From Geosiphon pyriformis uo1 (taxonomy: Eukaryota; Fungi; Glomeromycota), in contig JAAOMT010000352.1 of assembly GCA_016748015.1 (NCBI GenBank), positions 620,001 through 684,000 of the forward strand: DNA of 64,000 nucleotides. The letters run 5' to 3'. Under the pieces are notes generated by a model. It worked only from the letters and a program-made list of their open reading frames with translations. It had not been told where the DNA came from and did not search any database. The position numbers and the translations under genes were made by a program. How positions within the stretch are numbered: the stretch's first letter is position 1; each line of letters opens with the position of its first letter. Positions 10,802-21,636 of this stretch are shown here, piece after piece.

Positions 10802-13800
10802 GTGCAAAATCAGAAAGTATAGAAACAAACCATTTTGGATTTGCGAAATTCTTATTTCAACACTACTGTTAACACTTGAAATTAAACCACAATCAAATAT
10901 CAGCAGAATTAGCTTTTAATTTCTACATTAACAAAAGAATTGCCTATTTGTTAAGAACACCAGTAAATACTGAATCAGCAAGAGAAACTTTTTACCACAA
11001 ATTAATCCAAAATACTAGCTTACCAACAAATTATAATTTTACATCTATCATCACTGAGATTAATAAAAAAATTGAACATCACACCTAACAAAAATATCCA
11101 ATCACTTATGCCAGTAAAGACAAAAAAAAATTACAAACACCAGTAATAATACCTTAATAGATCCAACCACCCACTTGGAAAAAACACAGAATTAAATCAC
11201 CTACAAATCTATCATATCATTATACTCTTGGAAATGCCATCAATATTGCATCAGCAAGCACGTCTACATCAAACACAACATCAACATTTGGATAATTTCT
11301 ATTCCAAAGTAAACAAAGAAAAGAAAATCTATTAGGACCATATGGCGCATACTTCAAAAGATTTAAATCGAGATTATCAACACCATTAAGAATTCAATTA
11401 CCACCACCTCAACCAGATTTTGGAATTACTGATCCGTGGGAACCAATCGAATCAGAAAAAGAACAAGAAAAAGAAGAAGAAGAAGAATCTGAAAATCAAG
11501 AATTCACTTACCAGAACCCGATTACTGAGAACCCAGATATTGGAACCCCAAATTTTCAGACTCAGCAAGATTAAAATCTAGAAAATCCAGAAATTAAAAC
11601 TCCACCAAATCAGAATGACTGAAATTCTGACTTAATTAATCAACAAAACTTACCTCCAAATATCATCATCAATCAGCCACCAGTTGAACCAATTATCGAA
11701 CTGATTCAACAGCAGTAAATACCTCTTCAACAGCCACCACTACAGCAACTTATCCAGCAACTAGTTCAGCAACCACACCAACCACTTCAACCACCAATAC
11801 AACAACAGCAACTGATCACGCCAATGGCTTTTGCACCAATCACAAAACTTGAGAAGTTTACCAGCGAAGAAGATGACATCCAGACATGGATCAATAACAT
11901 CACCAAAGCCATCACTGCAAACAATTGGGATGATGCAAGAACAATGCAAGTCATCTCATATTTTCTAAAAGATACTGCTGACTTATAGTATCATAGCTTG
12001 GCCCAGAAACCCCAAAATTTTAATGCATTTAAAACAGAATTCCTAAGATATTTCAGTGATAATAACAGCATCAACTGTCTAGCAAGTACTTTCACCACCC
12101 TAAAACAAGGGGACACAAAAGCAGTCACCACCTACTTGAGATGCTTCCACAAAAATTTGCACCAAATTCAAGCTATCCAAGCTAATTACTTGACAGCTCC
12201 ACAAATTTTAAATCAGTTTATAAGAGCTTATGCAGCAGCATACTCCAATGAGTACATCTAATGCATCTGGTAGACCTTCTTATCACAGTTATTTATGTTA
12301 GAGATTTTGAAGCTGCTGAGTTAGAAGCCAATTACACTCAAGCTGTGAATCTAGTAATGAATGAATTATCTAACTTGGATTCTAAACTGAAACAATTCAA
12401 TGACTCCATTAATCAAAAATTAAAGGGATACTTAACTGACAATTGCCCAATTTATCAGCCTTCTCAATGATGTAATAATCAGGAAAATGCGAATCATTTC
12501 CAAAATTAGTCGCATCCATCATTATCAACAAATCAGCTGTGACAACAAAAACTGTGAATTTGTCACAACTGTAGTAAACAAGATCACCTTAGAGCCAATT
12601 GCCATGCTTATAGTAATCCACGATCGGGAAATCAATATTGGAATCCCAATCGCTGGTTTCCAACTCCAAATCATTACTCGAATCAAAATCAATATCAATC
12701 TATTTACCTGCTAATAATGTCACTGCCAATCTATCAAACACTGGTATATTAACCTCAAATATATCAACTGCAGCCACCTGTAATATATCAATCACAGTCA
12801 TAAATAGTCTATTAATCACAACAATTAATTCAAACACCACCACTAAACCCAGCTATGATAACATTTGGAAACTCCAAATCCAAAGTAACCCAAAACTGAA
12901 GATCAGCAATAGTAGTTTATCAACCGATCCCCAGTTCAACAAATCAACTATCAGGATCACACCAGCAGAGTTCAAGAACTGGGTATAACCAAAACCCAAG
13001 TTCCCAGAACTATTTAAGTCTTCTGATTATCCCAGAAGATGCTGCATCCAGCAAACAAAAAACCAACCAAAAGCCACTTATCCGCAACATTCCACCAGCC
13101 ACCAGCACTGAAAACAAATCACTTATTGCCATATTCCTATTTGAACTTGAGGAAATCACATCAGTTTTATTATTTAGTAGAGCTGCTCTGAACACCAAAC
13201 CAATAACCATGATGTATACTGATACCAAAGTTGATGGTCAGTATATCAAACTGATCCTGGATAGTGGATCAGCTGGCAGCATCATTACCAAACAACTCAT
13301 AAATCAATTAGATCGCCAAGTTGACCAAACTGCCAGCGCAAAGATTATTACAGCTGATGGAGCAACCAAAACTCCTATTGGTGAGATTGATGACTTCTCT
13401 TTTGAAGTCAACAGCATCATAGTCCCTATCAAAGTTTTGGTAATAGAAGCCACTTAATACCAAGCACTAGTTGGTAATGACTGGCTCACTAAAACAAATG
13501 CCATATTGGATTAGACAATGCAAGAGCTCCAACTCAGCCAAAATAGTTGACATACACATATACCAGCCATGTATGACTATTTCAAGACCACCAACACATC
13601 AGTACCACTTATTGACTTTGAGAAAAAGAAGCCAAAACCAACATAGGAAGCATATCAGGTCTCATGGGCTAACATCGACTACAACAAACTGCTGCTAATA
13701 CTTGCTTGGGACAATGACAACAAGGAAAAAGAGAAACAAAGAGAAGAACATACCTGGAAAATCACCATTGACACTTGGATTGACAACAACCAAAGCGAGA

Positions 13801-16800
13801 TGCTACCAATTCTAGACTGGAAAGAAAGAAACAAAGGGAAAGGGAAAAAAATGGAAGAAAATATACTGGAAAACACCACCACCACAGAAGAATTAACTAG
13901 TGGCTGGGAAAGAGAATACTCACATGAACCAATAAAGAAACCATTATATATACCTCTTAAATGCAAAGACTGTAGAAAAAAACTCTCGTCTATGGGAGCA
14001 TGGATTGCACCAGACAAAGACCACTGGATGTGAACACATTATTACTGCAAACTGTGCCATCACAAATGCTATAGATATCTAAAGTGCCAAGGCAAGTGGG
14101 ACAACAAACCATGTCTCGCTTGTGGCAAACAACTACTTAACAAAGGGATGTGAAACAACATTTCTGGTTGAGGAGGAACATGTGACACTTTATGCCAGTA
14201 CACAATTCTCATTAGTAACTGGGTGAGTTGTGGCATGCTCATAACAGCAGCTTGGCATAGAGCAATTAACCAATTAAATGGCTACCCACATAACGAGAAC
14301 GAGATCTGGCAAATGGCGAATGCCAAAGTCCAAGAAGCCATGCCCAGTGAAATTCTAGAAATTAAAAACAACTCACCTGAACAGGTTGACATCATCTTCA
14401 TTCCAAATCCAGATGCCTTTCTCGACATAGAAACCAATTCAGAAGACTTCCATGAGCATTACCAAAACTTGGCACCCACAAGAGAGGAGCAGAAGCAGTG
14501 GCTAGCACAGCTAAACACTCCATTATGTGACCACTGTTTGATCCCATGTGACTTTCAATATTGTAATGAGTGTGATCTCATCTATAATCCAAATAATTTA
14601 CACGATCCTAGAGGAAATCGAACCAATCAGCAGCTGCACATTGGAATTGGAATCAATTTTCAATCCTGATTCAAACTCCAACAATGATGATAACAAAAAC
14701 ACTGGTTTTAGTTCCGTTCAATATAGCAATGAAGATAATAGCAATTTGGATTCAAATCCAAACTCCAAAACATTTATAGTGCTTCTTGACCTCACCAAGA
14801 AGCAAGAGCTAAAGTGGTTCAGTGACAATAATGAAGATATTATGCCAGAGCATGTACATGATATTGATGCAGGGTTTAATCTGAGATATCCTGGAAAAGA
14901 TACTATCAAATTGGAACTACATTTGTGCATTTGCATTGATCTGAAAATAGCACTGGAAATTCTAGCAACTACAATGATTCAATTAGCATCTAGGAGTAGT
15001 CTAGCAAAAAGAGAAATCAACATCAGAGAAAAAATAATTGATGCAGGATATGTGGGAAATATCATTGTTATGCTATAAAACAATTCAGAAAAGATCTATA
15101 TAATAGAGCCAAATGAAAAGATAGTGCAGACAATATTCCTGCCTCTGATCAAAATAGCTTAGTTAGTGTCAGTGGGAAACAGAGAAGAATTAGAGATCAC
15201 AGCTAGAGGAATACAGGAATTTGGATCAATGGGTAAAGTAGATATACCAGTTAATATGATAGAAAAAAAGATTATTGACAAGGAAGAAATTATCTCCACC
15301 AGTCAACCAATTTCTATTTCACCATATAACTAGTATATAGTAGTCATAGAAAGGAAAGTGAAGGATCAGAACCAGATTTTTGAAGCAAAAGCAGCATGTT
15401 GTGAATCAAAAGAAATTGGACTTATTAATCTCCACATACCAGCCAAGAACTATATCCACATCAAAATTTTCATTTACAACAACACTGAAAAAGTTATAGA
15501 GATACCAGAAGGAATCATCATAGAACATTTAACTACCAAAATAGAGGACCAACCACCAAATCTTGTTCCAGACTTTCCACAGCTTTGTGGATATGTTGAC
15601 ATCATATCACAAACAATATATGGACAAAAAGAATGTTATTTGCTTCAACCAAAACAATTGGAACAAATAAACATGGGGAATCTAGACCCATTTCAATGAA
15701 TACAGCTGAAGATGTTGCTCAACAAGTTCAATGACATCTTTGCCAGTGAGAATGAATTCAGCAGAACTGATATTATTTAATACCAGATCAAAACTGGAGA
15801 TACTATGTCAATAAAACAATGAGCATACAGAGTACCATCCACCAGCCATAAGATCATTTGTTAAGAAATCAACCAGATGCTTGACAACAAGTTAATTCAG
15901 CCATCAATGAGCCCATGGTTATCACCAGTAGTACTCATTCGGAAAAAGAATGGGAAAATCCACTTTTACATGAACTACAAAAAGCTTAATAGAGTCATAT
16001 GTGAAGACAGCTATCCAATTCCATGGATTTAGAAATTATTTGATGCTTTTGAGGGAAACAAATGGTTCTCAACATTGGATTTAGATAGTGGTTATTGGCA
16101 AGTAGCCATAGATTCAGTGGACAAAAAAAAGACTGCATTCACAACACAGGAGGGAAATTTTGAATTCAAAGTAATGCCATTTGGTTTAACAAATGTGCCA
16201 GCCACATTTCAACAGCTAATGGAAATAGTATATACCAGCTTATTGTGAAAATCAGTAGTCATTTATTTAGATGACACCAATGTGTTCTCCAAAACATTTG
16301 ATGATTATTTGCACCATCTACAACAAGTGTTTGAGAGGCTACGATGAGCAGAGCTAAAGTTAAATGCCAATAAGTGCTTCTTTGGCAAGACAGAATTAAA
16401 CTTTTTAAGGCACATAGTAAGCAAAAACAGCATTAAAACGGATCCAGAAAAGATAGAGATAGTCAAAAACTTTCTAGTACTAACCAATGTGACAGAGTTA
16501 AAGTCATTTTTAGGATTTGCAGATTATTATCGACACTTCATCAAAAACTTTTTCAAGATAGCTCAACCATTCAATCATCTTCAAACCAAGAATGTGAAAT
16601 ACAAATGGACAGAAGCACAACAAAAAGCTTTTGATATTTTAAGAAGAAAACTTATACAAGCTCCAGTACTGATCTATTTAGATTACAATAAACCATTTAT
16701 CATTACTACTAATGCATCAGGCCAAGCATTGAGAGCAGTACTATTACAGAGAGGACCTGATGGAAGAGAATATTCAGTCACATATGCCAGCCAAGATTTA

Positions 16801-18512
16801 ACTCCAGCTGAAAGAAATTAATGGAACACCAAAATTAGTACATTTAGCAATTTATTGGGCAGTCATAAAATAGAGTGAATTCTTGAGCCAGAAGTTTGAT
16901 GTATACATAGACCACAAGAGATTAATAGCACTTCATAAACAGAAATTTGGGGATGGAAGACAATCAAGATAGAAAATAGCACTATCACTATATACTTATA
17001 CTATACATTATAAAAAGGGAAAAGACAATGGAAATGCCAATGGTTTGTCGCAAATAAGACAAATCTAAAAACATCTCAACCCAAAAATATAACAAAACCA
17101 GAACAAATCCAACAAAAATATAACAAAAGATGAACATACAAAAATATCAACAACTACAACATTATATAAATACCCAATTGTTCAAGGAGAAATTATCTTA
17201 AAAAGAACAAAACGACATAAAACAACAATTAAAATATTTTATCAATCATCAAAATATATTTTACTGGAAGAACAAAAGAAATCTAGATCAACTGAACAGA
17301 GTAATCACAAAACTAGAGAAAGAGACAATATTATTTAACATGCACTCAGATCCAACAGCAGGACATTTTTATAAAAAAACGACCATAGAAAGAACCAGAA
17401 GAAGATATTATTGGCCATCAATGTATCCAGACATTATTCAATATGTTCAAAATTGTGATGCTTGTCAAAGAAGAGGAGAAACAAGACCCAGTGAATCATT
17501 AAGACCAATCAAAGTGGGACAACTATTTGATTACATTGGAATTGACTTAGTTAGACCACTAACAATCATTAGCAGAGGCAACAGATATATTGCAGTAGCC
17601 ATGAATTATCTCACAAAATGACCAGAAGCAAAAGCCATTCAAAGAGCAGATGCAAAATCAGTTGTCAAATTCATTCATCAAGATTTGATTTGTCAACATG
17701 GATGTCCAAAAAAACTATTATCAGATCAAGAAACTCACTTTGTGAACAGAACATTAGCAGAATTAAGCCAGAGATTTGGAATCAAAAGACCATTATTATC
17801 ACCATACCATCCATAAACAAATAAGTTTGTTGAAAGGTTTAACAGAACATTGTGTGAAGCAATTACCAAGATCAGTCAAGAAAATCAGAATGAATGGGAT
17901 TTGTTCATACCATCAGTATTATTTGCTTATCAGACAATGAAACAAGACACTACACAAGCAACACCATTTGAATTAGTATATAGTAGAACAGCAACATTAT
18001 CAGTTGAGATGGAAGTCACCACTTATCCAACAAAACCAATAACTGAAGACAATTTTTAGGAAACGTTGCTAAAAAGATCATATGACTTAATGGAAACATT
18101 AGAAAATAAACGGTGAAGAGCAGCTGATAACATCCAGAAGTCACAAGAAAAACAGAAAGAAAAACATGATAATTAACTACCAGACAAACCAGTTGAATTC
18201 AAGATTGGAGACAAAGTACTACTACATTGCACCAAAGCGGAAAAACAATGAAGTGGAAAATTTGATCCCAAATAAGATGGACCATTTCACATAGAAGAAA
18301 TTCTTGAAAATGGAGCTTATAAATTAAGATGGGACAACAAAATTTTAACCAAAGCAGTACATAATGATCGACTAAAATTATATCACCAAATAGCATTATC
18401 ATCTACCAATAACATTCTACAATTAGAAGTACAATGAATACTAATTCAACTAGATAAGATTTCATAAGATCTGGAACCAATTATAGTTATTGAACCAAAC
18501 ATGTCAAATTGA
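10802..18512 (+). pseudogene. gag-pol: A2 gag-pol pseudogene: Gag ~11825-12400, CCHC ~12561-12603, protease (LILDSGSAG ~13251), Cys-rich ~13960-14580, dUTPase ~14810-15240, dUTPase-like ~15300-15545, RT ~15820-16460 (YLDD ~16264), RNase H ~16690-17060, integrase 17340-18510
   Basis: ORF track fragments 11998..12470, 13209..13457, 13800..14669, 14548..15078, 15358..15699, 16489..16821, 17340..18059; stops fall at CGA/CAA/TGG-equivalent codons. Confidence 0.92.
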
Positions 18513-18525
18513 ACAACCAAAAAAG

Positions 18526-18533
18526 TATATAAA
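18526..18533 (+). promoter_or_regulatory. Candidate internal TATA box for ORF3 (TATATAAA)
   Basis: Between pol stop and ORF3 start, ~36 bp upstream; same motif and spacing in A0, A1, A3, A4 and a TATATATAG version in B1. Confidence 0.6.
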
Positions 18534-18568
18534 GACACAGTATATGCAACAAAAGCAATCAAGATAAA

Positions 18569-19204
18569 ATAGAAATACCAGATCATATTTACACCATAGC
18601 TCAATAATTATTCTAGGTCTTAAGTCAACAACTTCTGAACATAAAAATTATTGTTAACAACTAAACAATTTGCTATCAAAACACCAAAAGAAAAACAAAA
18701 AATACCCCATATTAGCGGTTACCAAAGAATGATATAAACTGGTCAGATAACATAATAGAAAAAGTAAAGAACACTTTTGGGAAAATACCTATTATGGCAC
18801 CAACAGAAGAACTTACAAAAGAGAATTGGAAGCAATGGACAGAACAACTTCCAATATCATACTGTTACTATTAGTTAGGTCAAAAGTTGAATATTCAAGA
18901 GTTGTATATCAACAAATTCAAGAGGATATTTAACCAAAACATAATACAGCAAATTGAAGAATTTATTGGGAAAAAGATGAACTCAATACTACATATGAGA
19001 ACAATTTACCAACTACACAACATATTTCAGAACTATCCAGAAATACTGTTACATTCTGACATGGAACCCATAACCATTAACCAATGGAAAAGAATAAACA
19101 ATACACAAATAGAAGATATGAAGAACAGAGTCAAACAAACAATATTCAAAAAAAAAGTATTAAAATTAATTCAAAACAAAGATTTTGACAGAGCTCAATA
19201 TTAA
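18569..19204 (+). pseudogene. A2 ORF3 (divergent allele)
   Basis: (M)EIPDHIYTIAQ... continuing to ORF 18887..19204 ending DFDRAQY* immediately before the PPT. Confidence 0.8.
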
Positions 19205-19217
19205 AAGGAGGAGATAA

Positions 19218-19985
19218 TGTTACTCATAAAAAGAAAAACAGATATAGAAAATAGCAGACCAATAAGGGAATAGTATTTAGCACATAAGCACATTGCTCAA
19301 CAATGTAGAGCAATGTCAGAAATCATAGCACATTGCTCAAAAAATCATAGCACATTGCTCAAAAATGTGAGCAATCTCGTAGAACATCAATTATGTATAT
19401 ATAACAGTAGCATTAGAAATAAAAAGAGCAGAATCTTTTAGTTAGAAATCTCTCATTCACAAATATTGAATAAATAAATTATTTATCATCCCAATCTACT
19501 TTTTACTATTAACACTCTATGTTGATAGCAATTAATACTTAACCATATTGGAACAATAATTCTTGATCATGGCTATTGATGAATACTAACTTGCACATTG
19601 TCTTGGCTTATTTTTTTATGTTATTTCTTTTATTTTTTTGTCTTAATTGTTGTTATTACTAATTCTATTGAGGATTAATGCGCAGGGTACTAACATCAGA
19701 ATATAGGACTGGTAAAAGACCCAGAAATAAGAGTAGAACACTCGATTGAGGTTAGCTTATCAGGAGAAACACCAGCCATTATGCTGAGAAAAAAATTGAC
19801 AAAACTGTGGTTTTGGGAAGCTATGAATAAAACTATTACCACTAAATCTCTGTCCATTATACAAAAGACTCAACCAAAACCTTTAGATAAACACACTTTC
19901 AGATTTCTATCATTAACAACAGCTTCAAGCACCAAGTTACGAGTTTGTTATTTATTTCAACAACCAACAAAGTTCACCTGTAACA
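19218..19985 (+). repeat. A2 3' LTR (768 bp; 89 bp shorter than the 5' LTR within the U3 array)
   Basis: Preceded by PPT AAAAGGAGGAGATAA; ends CACCTGTAACA then TSD. Confidence 0.95.
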
Positions 19986-20078
19986 GTGATTTGAAATGAT
20001 TGCACATGGCTGGTACTTGAATATGGTGTCTGTCTTGGCTGAGTTGTAATTTCTGAGTAGTCTAATTAAGTATGGCAT

Positions 20079-20934
20079 TGTTACAAGTAATTATTTGAGG
20101 TCTCAAAATCAAATAACAAACTCATAACTTGATAGTAATCTGAAGATATTGTTATTTAAAGGTTTTGGTTGAGTTTTTTGTATAATAAACAGAAATTCAA
20201 TAGTTGTTTATCTGTAGCTTCTCAGAATTATAATTCTGTCAATTTTTTTTCTTTAGCTTAATGGTTGATACTCTTCTGATAAATAATTTATAATTTTTTT
20301 ACATGCTTTACCCACTTGCAGGAGTCTTTTACCAGGTAATTCTTAACATTAATAACTCAGTGCTTTTAATTTTTTAAGCAATTAGTATACACAACAAAAT
20401 AAAGAAAAAAATAAAAGAGATAAAGAAAAATAAAGACAATAAGCCAAGGCAATGTAAGTTAGTATCTTATCAATAGCCATGATCAAGAGCTATTGTTCCA
20501 GTGTGGTTAAGTATTAATTACTATTAACATAAAGTGTTGATAGTGAAAAGTAGATTTGATATAGTAAATAATTATTTATTTGATATTTATGATATGGAAG
20601 GTTGCTTAGATTAAATCTAAACTGGGAAGTCTGTCTTTTCTACTTTTAATGCTACTGATATATATACATAATTGAGATTCTTTAATTTATCAATTCTTTA
20701 CATCAGGAATTCCAAGATTCCTGGAATTTTGCAATTTCTTAGAAAGAAATCCTAGAATTCCTTTGAAAGGAATCCTGAAATTCTGAAATTTTGTGATTTT
20801 TTATACAAAAATTCTGAAATTTTTGGAATCCTGAAATTCCTTTTGAGAGGAATTCTGGAATTCCACATTTACTATGGCTACTTCTGATTGGCTAATTTAT
20901 ATGCTAATATACTTTTTATATTTTATGAGTAATA
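20079..20934 (-). repeat. A3 3' LTR (856 bp) with GGAATTCC-type array ~20673-20865
   Basis: Termini TGTTAC / GTAATA; homologous to A1 and A4 LTRs. Confidence 0.9.
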
Positions 20935-20948
20935 TTATTCTCTCCTCT

Positions 20949-21578
20949 TTAATATTGAGCTCTATTGAGATCTTCTAATTCTAATTCTCTATCTTTAAGT
21001 ATTTCTTAAACTTCTTTTTTAAGAATTACTTGTGCTATCTTGTTCTGTATTTTTTCAAATTGAGCATTGGTTATTTTTCCCATTTGGTTAATGATAATGG
21101 AGTTCATTTTTGGATTGAGTAAGATTTCTGGTTGATCTTGAAATCCAGTGTGTAGCCAATAAATGGCTCTTACTTGTGTGGTCAAATTGTTTTTCTGCAC
21201 AAATTGTTTTAGTTATTGTAATATTGTTATGTCAAATAATTGTTTTGTTTTATCCATATACAAGCCCTGAATGTTCAAGTGTTGTCCCAAGTAAAAGTAA
21301 TAAAAGTTTTTTGGAAATTGTTGTATCCACCATATCCAAGTTTCTTTAGTCACTTCTTGATATGTGGTAACTCTTGTTGGCTCTTCTAATACCAATCTTA
21401 TTTTTAGAATTATTTTGTCAACAGCATTTTCCATTTTCTTTTGTACTTTGTATTGAAGTATTTTTCTGGTATCTTTGTATCTAATGGTTTGTTAATTGAT
21501 GGTAATTTCCATATTTCATTGTTGAATTAATTGGAAGAGTTGTTGTGCTAGTGAATAAATATCATCAGTAATTTCCAT
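20949..21578 (-). pseudogene. A3 ORF3 (best-preserved A-type copy, ATG intact, ~210 codons)
   Basis: MEITDDIYSLAQQLFQLIQQ... through ORFs 21213..21434 and 21006..21200 to ...DLNRAQY*; TATA at 21615-21622. Confidence 0.85.
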
Positions 21579-21636
21579 TTTTTTTCTGATGTATTTTGTC
21601 ACATCTATCCTGTTTTTATATACTCTTTTTATTATT

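Larger units (their letters stand above)
9885..19985 (+). mobile_element. Complete family A element A2 (10.1 kb) with two LTRs and 4-bp TSD GTGA
   Basis: GTGA at 9881-9884 and 19986-19989; TGTTAC/GTAACA termini; PBS 10744; PPT 19203-19217; full domain order. Confidence 0.95.
3806..20078 (-). mobile_element. Family A element A1 (3' LTR, ORF3, pol back to protease); split by A2 (resumes 19986-20078) and cut at 20078 by A3
   Basis: 3' LTR plus PPT; ORF fragments for IN (5394..5744, 5949..6338) and dUTPase (8430..9260); protease-region sequence is continuous across the A2 insertion with TSD GTGA. Confidence 0.9.

Noticed and set aside
12638-12988. Ser/Thr-rich mucin-like ORFs (also 27216..27443, 53662..53880)
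   Set aside because: Alternative frame of the Q/P/Y-rich Gag linker; in A4 the Q/P frame is the one continuous with knuckle and protease.
11000-18500. Alternative genetic code or stop read-through to explain in-frame stops
   Set aside because: Stops fall at different positions in each copy and correspond to CGA/CAA/CAG/TGG codons, so they are mutational decay.
18200-19204. Chromodomain or env gene after integrase
   Set aside because: Integrase ends shortly after the GPY/F module (DLEPIIVIE); no chromodomain motif, and ORF3 has no hydrophobic segments.
20673-20865. Heat-shock elements in the A U3 array
   Set aside because: GAA/TTC spacing mostly does not fit nGAAnnTTCn; only isolated matches.
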